Shown: piece after piece, positions 15,406 through 24,957 of the stretch | Layout of the letters: each line of letters starts with the position of its first letter | Numbering within the stretch: position 1 is the first letter of the stretch | Source: a virus | Taxonomy: Duplodnaviria > Caudoviricetes | Reading direction: 5' to 3' (one strand) | DNA: 52,157 nucleotides | IMG/VR virus record: IMGVR_UViG_3300027740_000010 | Coordinates: 1 to 52,157 of that record | The notes under the pieces: generated by a model | Told to the model about the DNA's origin: nothing | The model's input: the letters and a program-made list of their open reading frames with translations, nothing else | Databases searched by the model: none | Made by a program: the position numbers and the translations under genes

Positions 15406-16961
15406 TGCTGGTAATACAAGAGAGCAAAGCCCTTGTCCTGAAGTTAAAGTTTCCTGCCAGAGTAACAACAATCATACCAACCTCAAGAGTATTCGAGCAT
15501 GAGGGGGAGCAGTTAGTAGTGGTAAAGCACGGCATTGAAGAGTGTGTCGTGCTTCGTAACCTTGGAATGAAGGTTACATCACCAATACTGTACGACTACG
15601 AGTGGCCTAGAAACCCTAACATCACCAGCCCGTTCAAGTCGCAGATTGCAACCGCAGCTTTCTTGACACTTAACCCTAAGGCATTTGTGTTGTCGTCAAT
15701 GGGTCTAGGCAAGACGCTAGCCTCCTTGTGGGCGGCAGATTACTTGATGCGCCAAGGGCTTGTACACAAGTGCCTAGTCATATCAACACTGTCAACGCTA
15801 ACAAGAGTGTGGGCAGATGAGCTTATGGAGAACATACCAGATCGCAATTCTGTAGTGCTTCACAACACCCGAGAAAAACGACTGGCACTGTTAGCGCAGG
15901 ACGTGGACTTTTACATTATCAACCACGATGGTATAGGTATCATTGAACAGGCGCTCGCAAAGAGACCTGACATAGACCTGATAATTATTGATGAAATTGC
16001 AGAGTTTCGCAACGCAAATACAAAAGGCTGGAAGACATTAAACAGGATAGTTAGTCCTAGAAAGCGCGTGTGGGGACTGACAGGCACTCCCACACCACAG
16101 GCTCCTAGTGACGCTTTTGGGCAAGTAAAACTTATTGCGCCGCAGAACGTGCCTAAATACTTCAGCTCGTTCAAAGACTTGGTTATGCGCCAAGTCGGTC
16201 CATTTAGGTGGGTTGCGAGAGATACTGCCACGGATGTGGTACTAGCCGCTATGCAGCCTGCTATCAGGTTTGAACGCAAGGACGAGCTGGACTTGCCAGA
16301 GTGCATGTACGAGACACGTGAGGCCGTATTCACCGCAGAACAGACTCGCATGTACAAAGCAATGGTAAAAGAACTGGTTACGATGTATGCAGATAGTCAG
16401 ATAACTGCTGCCAACGATGCTGTTGCGGCATCAAAATTATTACAGATCGCATGCGGTGTGGCCTATGGAAAAGAGAAGGTAAGAATAGCAATTCCTTGTG
16501 AGCCTAGAATTGCGTTAGTGAGAGAACTTATCTCACAAGCAGAAGCTAAGGTACTAATATTTTGCCCGTTCAAGTCCGTGGCTGAGATGCTACGTGATGA
16601 GTTAAGTAAAGACTTAAAAGTCGCCATGATTCATGGCGAGGTTAAGCAGTCGGAGCGTAACGAGATTTTCTACCAGTTCCAGAAGACGGACATGTTAGAC
16701 GTGATTGTAGCGCACCCAGAAACAATGAGTCACGGACTGACTCTGGTGGCGGCTAACATGATTATTTGGTACGCTCCAACATACAGCAACAATATTTACG
16801 AGCAAGCCAACGCACGGATTACACGTCCGGGGCAGAAGAACAAGCAGTTCATCGTTCACATTGAAGGTTGTGAGTTTGAGCGCCGTGTATATAAAAAGCT
16901 TCGTGACCGTAAAGCAGCACAGGGCACGTTGCTGGATTTAGTGAAGCACAACAGCACTTGA
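15405..16961 (+). CDS. SNF2-like superfamily 2 helicase
   Basis: MGLGKT; IIIDE; LTGTP; HGLTL; EQANARITRPGQ. Confidence 0.92.
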   Translation: MLVIQESKALVLKLKFPARVTTIIPTSRVFEHEGEQLVVVKHGIEECVVLRNLGMKVTSPILYDYEWPRNPNITSPFKSQIATAAFLTLNPKAFVLSSMGLGKTLASLWAADYLMRQGLVHKCLVISTLSTLTRVWADELMENIPDRNSVVLHNTREKRLALLAQDVDFYIINHDGIGIIEQALAKRPDIDLIIIDEIAEFRNANTKGWKTLNRIVSPRKRVWGLTGTPTPQAPSDAFGQVKLIAPQNVPKYFSSFKDLVMRQVGPFRWVARDTATDVVLAAMQPAIRFERKDELDLPECMYETREAVFTAEQTRMYKAMVKELVTMYADSQITAANDAVAASKLLQIACGVAYGKEKVRIAIPCEPRIALVRELISQAEAKVLIFCPFKSVAEMLRDELSKDLKVAMIHGEVKQSERNEIFYQFQKTDMLDVIVAHPETMSHGLTLVAANMIIWYAPTYSNNIYEQANARITRPGQKNKQFIVHIEGCEFERRVYKKLRDRKAAQGTLLDLVKHNST

Positions 16962-16985
16962 CAGTCGGGGTAAAAAGAGTAGTAT
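16958..16985 (+). promoter_or_regulatory. Sigma70-like promoter
   Basis: TTGACA-16 nt-TAGTAT upstream of ORF 17020. Confidence 0.6.
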
Positions 16986-17019
16986 GACTTTTCAAACAAC
17001 GCAATAACCGGGGAACAAC

Positions 17020-17409
17020 ATGGCAATTAAAATTGATAAGGTAGTAACCGCGTATATTCAACTACGCGACAAAAAAGCAGTAATGAAAAAAGAGTACGAC
17101 GAGGCAAAAGCTGAGATTGATTCACAGTTGACGGACCTTGAAAACTTCATCATGGAACAAACTAATCTGTTAGGTGTAGACAGCTTCAAGACCGAAGCAG
17201 GTACAGCGTATCGCCATGAAGTTATATCTGCCACAGTGGGTGACTGGGACAAGACACTCCAGTTCATCCAAAATAACGATGCTTGGAATTTGCTAGAGCA
17301 TCGTGTCTCTAAAAAAGCTGTGGAGGAGTACAAAGAAGCGCATGGTGAAGTACCGCCGGGTGTCAATTTCAATAGCATGTACGCCATTGGCGTTCGTCGC
17401 AGTTCTTAA
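17020..17409 (+). CDS. Conserved phage replication-module protein
   Basis: N-terminal coiled coil; SFKTEAGT; DWD; VPPGVN; typical position between helicase and SSB. Confidence 0.75.
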   Translation: MAIKIDKVVTAYIQLRDKKAVMKKEYDEAKAEIDSQLTDLENFIMEQTNLLGVDSFKTEAGTAYRHEVISATVGDWDKTLQFIQNNDAWNLLEHRVSKKAVEEYKEAHGEVPPGVNFNSMYAIGVRRSS

Positions 17410-17435
17410 CGGTTTTAATCACAAGGAGTATTAAC

Positions 17436-18509
17436 ATGGCTTCAAACGTAATTCCATTCAAAGAGTCCAACGTTCCCGCCCACATTGCTGCAATGTTTGG
17501 CGAAGTTCAAAACACCGCTTACGAGTCACAAAGTTTAGCGGTGCCGTCAGTTTCATTCCGTGGCAAGGTATGGCGTATCGTCGTTGACGGCGAAGAAACT
17601 GTACTAGCCAATCCAGAGACAGGCGACCCAGTTGCCTCGATGGAAGTGGTACTGGTTAAGGGCAACCCCAATCGCAGCAAGGCATACTACGGCGAAAAGA
17701 AATTTGTCGAGGGTGAAAACGCTGAGCCTGTCTGCGCGTCGCGTGACGGTGTTGCACCTGACATTGGCACAGCTACGCCTCAATGCTCGACTTGTGCCGC
17801 TTGCCCACAGAATGTATGGGGCAGCCGTATCTCTGAAGCTGGCAAGAAAGTAAAAGCTTGTGCTGATAGCAAACGTATCGCTGTTGTGCCCGCTGGTGAC
17901 TTATCGTTCCAACCGTTATTGTTGCGCGTGCCTGCTACATCATTGACAGATAACGACAACAAAGAAAACGAAGCACGTGGCTGGTATGCGCTATCTGAGT
18001 ACGCCAAAATGCTAGGTAAACGTGGTGTGCCTGTGGAAGCAGTCGTGACCAGAATCGGCTTTGACTCTCGCCCTGCTCATCCTAAATTGTTGTTCAAGGC
18101 AATGGGCTACCTCGGCGAAGAAGACGCTGAAAAAGTGATCGAGTTACAAGCATCTGAAGCTGTTGAAGCTATTGTTGGTGCGGCCGTTGAGGGTGCGTCA
18201 CATGCAGCTCCAGCGGTTGACACTGAAGAGTTTGCGCCAGCGCCTGTTAAACCCAAGGCTGAGCCAGCTAAACCAGCGCCTAAGAAAGCTAAAGCTGTGC
18301 CACCACCTGATGACGATGATGCTCCAGAACCTGTTAAACCCAAGGCTGAGCCACCACCTGACGACGATGATGAGCCAGCTGGTATGCCAAGCAAGCCAGT
18401 AACCAAAGCGGCAAAACCTGCTGAGACTGGTGGTGATGCTTCAGCGTTAAAAAGCAAAGTGGCAAGTATCCTCGGGTCTCTTGACATTGACGACGACGAT
18501 GACGACTAA
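17436..18509 (+). CDS. Putative ssDNA-binding/annealing protein
   Basis: AAGGAG RBS; CSTCAACPQN..GS..KAC motif; Pro/Lys linker; very acidic C-terminus. Confidence 0.65.
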   Translation: MASNVIPFKESNVPAHIAAMFGEVQNTAYESQSLAVPSVSFRGKVWRIVVDGEETVLANPETGDPVASMEVVLVKGNPNRSKAYYGEKKFVEGENAEPVCASRDGVAPDIGTATPQCSTCAACPQNVWGSRISEAGKKVKACADSKRIAVVPAGDLSFQPLLLRVPATSLTDNDNKENEARGWYALSEYAKMLGKRGVPVEAVVTRIGFDSRPAHPKLLFKAMGYLGEEDAEKVIELQASEAVEAIVGAAVEGASHAAPAVDTEEFAPAPVKPKAEPAKPAPKKAKAVPPPDDDDAPEPVKPKAEPPPDDDDEPAGMPSKPVTKAAKPAETGGDASALKSKVASILGSLDIDDDDDD

Positions 18510-18524
18510 ATAGTTTTTAGTACA

Positions 18525-18573
18525 GGAGGTGTGTCACCCTTAACTAGAGCTGACGACTCTGGCCTCCTCTTTT
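18525..18573 (+). terminator. Hairpin plus U-tract upstream of the primase gene
   Basis: GGAGG...GTCA...TGAC...CCTCC followed by TCTTTT. Confidence 0.4.
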
Positions 18574-18585
18574 CATCACATCGCA

Positions 18586-21432
18586 ATGATTGGGGATTCT
18601 TTGGACACAGCAGCTTTTTTAGAAAAAATACTGCCCAGTACGGGAGTCTATTTTTTAGCCACGCCAATGGCAGCGCCATATACTGGTTTAAAACACCATG
18701 TGTATCACGATATAAAATCAATGGCGCAAGGCGTAAAAATTTTAGACGCTCAAGGACTGACGGTATATCATGCTTGTGCCTCCTACCTCCACTCTTATGT
18801 TGAAGTCGCGGATGCAAGCGGCAAGACAAAGAAACAATACCGTAAACATGATAACGTAGCGCTCGTAAAGGCGTTCTGGTTCGACATCGACTGTGGTGAG
18901 GGTAAGCCCTACACTGACCAAGTTGAGGGTTTTAACGCACTTAAAAAATTCCTTAAAGATACCGGTATCCCTAAGCCGTCAATCATCGTGCTGTCAGGCA
19001 ACGGCTTGCATGTGTACTGGACATTGACTGAAGCGCTAGTACCAACGTACTGGAAAAAGTGCGCTGTGCTGTTAAAAGACGTGGCGCACCTGTACAAACT
19101 CAAGACTGATGACTCACGGACAAGTGATCAATCAAGTATTTTAAGACCAGTAGGCTCTACACACCGTAAAGGTGAGCCTATCCCTGTGGAAGTCCACACG
19201 TTAAAAGATGATGTGGAGTACGGCTGTTTTTATGACGCACTTATGACAGCAGCCTTGGCTAAGGGTTATAAAGAGCCAGAGCGTAAAGCGCCTGTCATGA
19301 ACAGCGAGTACACGACTACTTACGAAAACAATGAGCCTGTGCAGGCAGAGCTTGTTGCTAGTTATTGCCAACAGATCGCCATGATGCGCGACACGCTAGG
19401 CGTTATCCCGGAGCCACAGTGGTACGATGCCATCGGGGTTCTACGGTTCTGCGTTAACGGCATCGAGGTTATACAGGAATGGTCATCAGGACACAGCACG
19501 TACTCACCTGACGGTACTGGCAAAAAGATTCAGCAGCATAAAGACGGCGGGTTTGGACCGACAACATGTGCGAAGTTCAATAGTGACAATCCCGGCATCT
19601 GTGAGCGCTGTCCTAAGTGGGGCAGAATCACTAGCCCGATTGTACTAGGGCGCGACAACGTTGAGAAAAAAGTCATCGAGATAGTAGTGGATGATGAAGT
19701 GGTTGAGGTGATACCGCCGCCGTTCCCTTACGTGCGCTTGAAAGACGGAACAATCGGCAAGGACCTGGGTGAGGGTGAAGTAGTACCGTTTATCCCATAC
19801 GACATCGTACCAATCAAACGAATTTATGATGTCGATGCCAAGCAAGCCGTGGTAAGATTTAGAGTGACGTATCCGGGAGACTCACCACGAGAGTTCGAGG
19901 TGTTGGCTTCAGCCGTATCAGGACGTGACCTAGGCGGTATTCTAGGCAGCAAAGAGATTTATTTAGGGGACACTACCATGAAAGCAGCGCAAGGCTATAT
20001 GCTGGCATACCTGCGAGACGTGCAGAAACTTTCAGCCTCTGAAAAGATGTACTCACAGATGGGCTGGAAAGAAGATTTTACCAAGTTCATTGTTGGCGCA
20101 ACCACGTACAACAGCGACGGCACTGTAGCAAAGACCAAAGGTATCCGTGACCGTGGCGTGACTGACTGGTTCTCACAAAAGGGTGATCTTGATACATGGA
20201 TTGAGGTCACTAACGCATACAACCGTCAAAACTATGAGGCGTACCAGTTTGGGCTTCTCACAGGCTTCGCAGCTCCACTGATGGCGTTGTCAGAATACAA
20301 AGGCACTGTCATCAGCCTAGTATCACCTCGTGGCGGTCAAGGTAAGACCACGATTCAGGAGGGAGCTGCAAGCGTGTGGGGGGACCCTCAGAAGAGTATG
20401 CTGCAAGCCAGTGATAAATATCTTGCAGTGATGCAGCGTATCGGTAAATACTGCCATTTGCCAGTGTGCATGGACGAGCTGACCACGATGGACCAGAACG
20501 AGCTGAGCGCGTTCGCCTACCAGTTATCACAAGGACGTGAGCGTATCCGGCTTAACTCTAACTCAACAGAGAAAGAAAGTGATTCGTTCTGGGCGACGTT
20601 CGTGGTTTCATCCAGTAACTCCAGTCTGTTACATAAAGTGGCTGGTATACGCGCCAATTCTGAAGCGGAGTCACTTCGTATTTTTGAGTACAGTGTGATT
20701 AACCCCGGCACGATTAGTAAGCAGACTGCTGATGTGTTGTTCCATAAATGGCGTGAGAACTACGGTGTGGCTGGTGACGTGTACGCACGGTATCTAGTGA
20801 CCCATGTGGGTGAAGTACGTGAGCTTATCGCAGCTATCCGTGTAAAAGTAGACAAACTGACAGGCGCAGTGACCAACGAACGCTTTTGGAACAACGCCAT
20901 TGTGTTGCATGTAGCTGCGTGTACAATTACCAATGCGCTAGGACTTACTAGCTACAACGCCAAGAGCTTGTTACTCTGGGCAGTTGCCAGAGTGTTTGAG
21001 ATGCGCGGTACAGTGAGCGATAACTTGAGCACAAACATCAGCCTAGTGGCTAGATTCTTGATGGAGAATATCGGTAAACGCTTGGTAGCCAACCATGACG
21101 GCACAGGCAGCAAACCGTCTACCATCACTTATGCACCACAAAATTCATTGGTATACCGCGTTGAGACAGAGAGCTTGTCCATTGTAATTCCGCACCAGAT
21201 ACTGAAGTCGTTTCTTAATCTTAACAATGGCGATATGAATGAGCTGAAGCGTGAGCTGACGGAGCTAGGTGCGCTGGTATCAGGCTCAAGCAAACGCAAC
21301 CTGAGTGCTGGCTCTAACATTGAGTCCATGCGTACAGACTGTATCATTTTTAATTATGAAAAGGCTGGTATCGGCATGCAGCTTCACGAGACTGAAGGCA
21401 ATGCAGTGGCTGGCGTTAGGAGTGTGAAATGA
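18586..21432 (+). CDS. Primase-helicase (RepB/AEP-like primase, PriCT, DUF927 helicase)
   Basis: FWFDIDCG; SGNGLHVYW; ILRPVGS; EPQWY; GPTTC..C..C; QMGW; Walker A GGQGKTT; CMDELT. Confidence 0.88.
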   Translation: MIGDSLDTAAFLEKILPSTGVYFLATPMAAPYTGLKHHVYHDIKSMAQGVKILDAQGLTVYHACASYLHSYVEVADASGKTKKQYRKHDNVALVKAFWFDIDCGEGKPYTDQVEGFNALKKFLKDTGIPKPSIIVLSGNGLHVYWTLTEALVPTYWKKCAVLLKDVAHLYKLKTDDSRTSDQSSILRPVGSTHRKGEPIPVEVHTLKDDVEYGCFYDALMTAALAKGYKEPERKAPVMNSEYTTTYENNEPVQAELVASYCQQIAMMRDTLGVIPEPQWYDAIGVLRFCVNGIEVIQEWSSGHSTYSPDGTGKKIQQHKDGGFGPTTCAKFNSDNPGICERCPKWGRITSPIVLGRDNVEKKVIEIVVDDEVVEVIPPPFPYVRLKDGTIGKDLGEGEVVPFIPYDIVPIKRIYDVDAKQAVVRFRVTYPGDSPREFEVLASAVSGRDLGGILGSKEIYLGDTTMKAAQGYMLAYLRDVQKLSASEKMYSQMGWKEDFTKFIVGATTYNSDGTVAKTKGIRDRGVTDWFSQKGDLDTWIEVTNAYNRQNYEAYQFGLLTGFAAPLMALSEYKGTVISLVSPRGGQGKTTIQEGAASVWGDPQKSMLQASDKYLAVMQRIGKYCHLPVCMDELTTMDQNELSAFAYQLSQGRERIRLNSNSTEKESDSFWATFVVSSSNSSLLHKVAGIRANSEAESLRIFEYSVINPGTISKQTADVLFHKWRENYGVAGDVYARYLVTHVGEVRELIAAIRVKVDKLTGAVTNERFWNNAIVLHVAACTITNALGLTSYNAKSLLLWAVARVFEMRGTVSDNLSTNISLVARFLMENIGKRLVANHDGTGSKPSTITYAPQNSLVYRVETESLSIVIPHQILKSFLNLNNGDMNELKRELTELGALVSGSSKRNLSAGSNIESMRTDCIIFNYEKAGIGMQLHETEGNAVAGVRSVK

Positions 21433-21887
21433 TTGCAGTATTTGACCTAGACAATTGCTTAGCAGACGACCTCTGGCGGCATGGCATGATCGACAATACT
21501 AAAGAGGTCCCGTTTGAGCGCTTTAAAGACTATGCCTCCAATAGTGATTTAGACGCTGCTCGTAACGTCGAGCAGGTGCTTAACTATAAAAAACAGGGTG
21601 ACAGGATTGTGATTTTAACGTCTCGCTCAGAACATTACAGGCGAATCACTGAGCGCTGGTTAGCCGCAAACAATATCCCATGGGATTTACTTTTAATGCG
21701 CCCACATGGTAACACAAAGCCCACCACTGAGTACAAAGTAAGTGTGTTGCTAGAGCACTTTATATTTCCAGAGAACGTGGCTTGTGCGTATGACGACAGG
21801 CCAGATATTGTGGCTGCATACACAGCCGCCGGGTTCTTAGCACAAAGACTTTTTGTACACGATATTGACTACAGTGTACACGGATAA
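21429..21887 (+). CDS. HAD-family phosphatase (PNKP 3'-phosphatase-like)
   Basis: VFDLDNCLAD; LTSRSE; LLMRP; K; AYDDR. Confidence 0.85.
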   Translation: MIAVFDLDNCLADDLWRHGMIDNTKEVPFERFKDYASNSDLDAARNVEQVLNYKKQGDRIVILTSRSEHYRRITERWLAANNIPWDLLLMRPHGNTKPTTEYKVSVLLEHFIFPENVACAYDDRPDIVAAYTAAGFLAQRLFVHDIDYSVHG

Positions 21888-21898
21888 AGGAGTTTTAT

Positions 21899-22084
21899 AT
21901 GTCACCAATATTGTGTCGTCACTGTAAACAGCTATGTGACCCATTGCAGTTATGTGACTGCCCTGATGCAATGGCTGATTTTATAGCTGAGCGCGGTGTA
22001 CCTCAAAGGCGAGAACTGCTAGTAAAAACACTTCGTGATGCAGGCATCGTTGTAGAAAGCTTGAAAAAGAGGTTGTTGAGTTAA
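21899..22084 (+). CDS. Hypothetical protein
   Basis: AAGGAG RBS. Confidence 0.55.
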   Translation: MSPILCRHCKQLCDPLQLCDCPDAMADFIAERGVPQRRELLVKTLRDAGIVVESLKKRLLS

Positions 22085-22211
22085 GACAAAAGATCACTGC
22101 TAAGACTAGGAGTGAATCATCTATCGCTCGCGACTTCCTTCAAATGACAATTGATGAGTGGGTTAGAACGTATGGTGATGTCGGATTAGAAGTCGCGCTA
22201 AGGAGATCGAG

Positions 22212-22385
22212 ATGACTGAAGCAGAAGAGTTTGCAGCAAAGGTTCAAATGAAAGAACACTTTAAAAACAGTCCGTTACAAGAAACATTCGTGGCCAGTAT
22301 TCATTTTATCGCTGGTTTCGAGCGTGGACTACAACAAGGAAAACAGGAGGCACAAAATGATACTGATTCTCGCACCAAACTCTAA
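22212..22385 (+). CDS. Hypothetical protein (57 aa; not in ORF track)
   Basis: AAGGAG RBS; MTEAEEFAAKVQMKEHF. Confidence 0.5.
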   Translation: MTEAEEFAAKVQMKEHFKNSPLQETFVASIHFIAGFERGLQQGKQEAQNDTDSRTKL

Positions 22386-22599
22386 AGAGGCTACCAAGTT
22401 CGCCATTTCCCACGGGTTACGTCAAGGCTCATGGCACTACATCATTGGTGCCGATACGCTACGGGGTCTTGTACGCCCTACCATCTGTCGTGTAGGTGAG
22501 TATTGGAAACGGCTAGATATTGAAGCTGTGGAGAGGGAAGTCAGCCTGCGCGACGCTAGGTGTGTGACAGCGCTTGACATACTTAACAAACAAGTCTAA
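22357..22599 (+). CDS. Hypothetical protein
   Basis: AGGAGG RBS; ATG at 22357. Confidence 0.6.
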   Translation: MILILAPNSKEATKFAISHGLRQGSWHYIIGADTLRGLVRPTICRVGEYWKRLDIEAVEREVSLRDARCVTALDILNKQV

Positions 22600-22602
22600 T
22601 AT
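22574..22602 (+). promoter_or_regulatory. Near-consensus sigma70 promoter
   Basis: TTGACA-17 nt-TAATAT. Confidence 0.75.
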
Positions 22603-22607
22603 CCAGT

Positions 22608-22676
22608 CACTTGTTCCCCAAACGAGTGCTTTAGAGGTGTCAGTTTCTCCAAAGGGTTGACACCTCCCTTTTTATT
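22608..22676 (+). ncRNA. Candidate two-hairpin small RNA or attenuated leader
   Basis: CACTTGTT/AACGAGTG stem, GAGGTGTCAG/TTGACACCTC stem, then CCTTTTTATT, directly after the promoter. Confidence 0.5.
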
Positions 22677-22688
22677 GAGGAGAGCATC

Positions 22689-22847
22689 ATGGCTGAAAAA
22701 CTAGGCTCAGGAGCGCGTTTTAAAAAGCTGGCTGAAAAAGCCAAGGCTTCAGGGGCAGAGAACCCAGAGGCTGTAGCTGCCAAGATTGGCATTAAGAAGT
22801 ACGGCAAAGAACGCATGATGAAAATGGCGCAAGCTGGCAAGAAATAA
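22689..22847 (+). CDS. Small basic protein (52 aa; not in ORF track)
   Basis: GAGGAG RBS; MAEKLGSGARFKKLAEK...NPEAVAAKIGIKKYGKERMMKMAQAGKK. Confidence 0.7.
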   Translation: MAEKLGSGARFKKLAEKAKASGAENPEAVAAKIGIKKYGKERMMKMAQAGKK

Positions 22848-22970
22848 ACATGCTCTACTTACTCTACGACTTTACTTACTGTAACTGGAAAGAGTTAACG
22901 TATGAACAGTTTGAGTACCATGCTAGAAACGGAGACCGAGTGATCGCCGTTGTTGTGTATTTAAGTACCC

Positions 22971-23126
22971 CTACTTCTTAGGGGGTGTCGCGGGTTTTAT
23001 AAAGTCACGCAACTTCCGCTGTTTGCGTAACAGTTCGTCTGCAAGGGACGACCCTGTTGTCTCCTCTTTATCCTCTTTCTTTTCGTCTTTTTTATCTGGT
23101 TTTAAATAATCAAATAGGCTCGCCAT
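22971..23126 (-). CDS. Small charged protein (51 aa; not in ORF track)
   Basis: AAGGA RBS; MASLFDYLKPDKKDEKKED. Confidence 0.55.
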   Translation of the reverse strand: MASLFDYLKPDKKDEKKEDKEETTGSSLADELLRKQRKLRDFIKPATPPKK

Positions 23127-23135
23127 AATATATCC

Positions 23136-23342
23136 TTAGTGTAAGTCAGTTAATACAGATGGGTAGTACACCAGTCGGAGGGTTCTGCCATGAAGCTCAA
23201 AACTGCCATTGTCCATGCGTACCTCTATTGCTCCAGTGTCGTCATTGAACACCACGTCGGTAATCATGCGCCCTACCAGATTGTCATGTATATACGCGTG
23301 TCTGTCGTCTATTTGTACCGGCTCAAGAAAGCTATGTTCCAT
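23136..23342 (-). CDS. Hypothetical protein
   Basis: GGAGG RBS; start MEHSFLE. Confidence 0.55.
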   Translation of the reverse strand: MEHSFLEPVQIDDRHAYIHDNLVGRMITDVVFNDDTGAIEVRMDNGSFELHGRTLRLVYYPSVLTDLH

Positions 23343-23724
23343 AATGACTACCCCCTCCGACGCGCACACCTGCATATACAAGGCGTCGTTGTATCCACGG
23401 TACTTGGGTGACTTCCATCGCTTCCAGTAGCACCTTGTCGGCAATTTTACGTGTAAACTCGGCAGTGGAGTATAGGTAATCATGAATGACTGCTGCCATC
23501 TGTGCTTTGTTACCCAGCGAGACATACACAAGCGGCATGCGTGGAATGGACGTAAGGTCAGTCACAAACCCTTCAGGCACAATAATAGTCGAGTTGGTGG
23601 TATCACTCATATAGCCTAGAGGGGTCAAGACTTCCCAAAGCTGTTCGCCACTACGATTCATCATCGGTATGCCTTCGTCGTCTACCATTAAGCGGAGGTC
23701 TAGTTGGCATAAAAAGCGGCTCAT
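23332..23724 (-). CDS. DUF1353 family protein
   Basis: VPEGFVTDLTSIPR; AAVIHDYLY; RKIADKVLLEAM; VYAGVRVGG. Confidence 0.88.
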   Translation of the reverse strand: MSRFLCQLDLRLMVDDEGIPMMNRSGEQLWEVLTPLGYMSDTTNSTIIVPEGFVTDLTSIPRMPLVYVSLGNKAQMAAVIHDYLYSTAEFTRKIADKVLLEAMEVTQVPWIQRRLVYAGVRVGGGSHYGT

Positions 23725-24140
23725 TCTGTTATCCTGTCCACAGCTATCACACCTACTGCTCCGGCGGCTGCTGCACCGATACCGGGCTGTGCAAGTGCGG
23801 CTCCTGCTAATGGCACCAAAGCTGGCAGTAATGGGGCTATGGCAGCCATAGCTGCGGCTTTCGCCACACTCTCAATCGCTTCGCGTGCTGCGCCTGAAAC
23901 AATGCGTTGACCTTCAAACGCCAATACGTTCTGTTCTTCAAGGTCAACAGTATACTTATCGCCGTCCTTTTCAATGTGTGCTTTTAGCATACCGATTTCT
24001 TTGCCATTGTGTACGGTAACAGCGCAGCATACAGCATCACCGTTTGGTGTAATGACAGGCGATACAGTGTACGAAGCGCTCCCCGCGTACTGCAACGAGG
24101 AGCATCCAGTCAATAACAGCAATAGAATGGATGCTCTCAT
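23721..24140 (-). CDS. Lipoprotein, candidate unimolecular spanin
   Basis: MRASILLLLLTG|CSS lipobox; hydrophobic C-terminal segment; lies in the lysis cluster. Confidence 0.6.
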   Translation of the reverse strand: MRASILLLLLTGCSSLQYAGSASYTVSPVITPNGDAVCCAVTVHNGKEIGMLKAHIEKDGDKYTVDLEEQNVLAFEGQRIVSGAAREAIESVAKAAAMAAIAPLLPALVPLAGAALAQPGIGAAAAGAVGVIAVDRITE

Positions 24141-24141
24141 A

Positions 24142-24306
24142 TCATTTCCCAAGCTGTGTCACGCCAATACCACCAAGTGCTGCAGTGATGGCTAGTTCAA
24201 ACGAGTGAATGTCGATGTCAGCCCAATAATGCTTGGCAACAATCGCTCCTGCCCATGCGCAAAACAACAGTATTGTTGATACAAACTTGATAATTTCGCT
24301 CCGCAT
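24142..24306 (-). CDS. Two-TM protein, candidate holin (54 aa; not in ORF track)
   Basis: GAGG RBS; MRSEIIKFVSTILLFCAWAGAIVAKHYW...LAITAALGGIGVTQLGK. Confidence 0.55.
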   Translation of the reverse strand: MRSEIIKFVSTILLFCAWAGAIVAKHYWADIDIHSFELAITAALGGIGVTQLGK

Positions 24307-24320
24307 GGTATGCCTCTGCT

Positions 24321-24488
24321 CTATCTGTAGCGTGGTAGCTGTGCTGCTGTTAATGTCTGCATCTGAGCTGCCGCTTGTAGTATAAGTGTGTCGTATGGGG
24401 GTGTCTCGGCATACGCCCGTGTTAGTGCAACGGCTAATATAGTCGATACAGCCAACAAAAAAAGCGTCTCCTTAGTAGTGTGCCTCAT
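24321..24488 (-). CDS. Small exported or TM protein
   Basis: MRHTTKETLFLLAVSTILAVALTRAYA, signal-peptide-like. Confidence 0.5.
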   Translation of the reverse strand: MRHTTKETLFLLAVSTILAVALTRAYAETPPYDTLILQAAAQMQTLTAAQLPRYR

Positions 24489-24957
24489 AATGTTCCCTCG
24501 CTTTATTATAGATCGCAACCAATTCTCGCATATCCGCCTCACGTTGACCGTAGCCAGCGCCGGGGAAAGATGCCCAGATATTGCTGCATTTTAAAATAGC
24601 GTCACATATTCGCCCGGCTCTCACGAGCTTGTAAGCGCCCTGCTCTCTAATCATTTGAATCGCAATTAAGTCTTGACTGCGTGGTGAGAAATCGTGTAAG
24701 TGCAACAGTTTGCTGTACGCTAGAAAGTAACGGTAAAGCAACTGGTATCTACCAGCGGCGGTTGACCAGACTCTGTAGTGTGTAAACCACACTCTTGTTT
24801 TAGGGTGTGTGCTATAGTCAGTGAACTGAGCGCCACCCACAATGGCCTGGTAGCCTTCGCATGGGTATCTGTCTGTACCTTCAGCATGGGCAATCATGTC
24901 CAAGAACGCGCACATGTTAGGTCCTATTTCTTTTGGTCCTACACCTCTATCACTCAT
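24472..24957 (-). CDS. Endolysin, lambda R-like lytic transglycosylase (GH104)
   Basis: AFLDMIAHAEGT; FTDYSTHP; STAAGRYQLL; DFSPRSQD; IWASFPGAGYGQ. Confidence 0.93.
   Translation of the reverse strand: MSDRGVGPKEIGPNMCAFLDMIAHAEGTDRYPCEGYQAIVGGAQFTDYSTHPKTRVWFTHYRVWSTAAGRYQLLYRYFLAYSKLLHLHDFSPRSQDLIAIQMIREQGAYKLVRAGRICDAILKCSNIWASFPGAGYGQREADMRELVAIYNKAREHYEAHY

Noticed and set aside
18240-18380. Duplicated CCTGTTAAACCCAAGGCTGAGCCA as a possible origin iteron
   Set aside because: In-frame duplication in the Pro/Lys/Asp linker of the SSB-like protein; only two copies.
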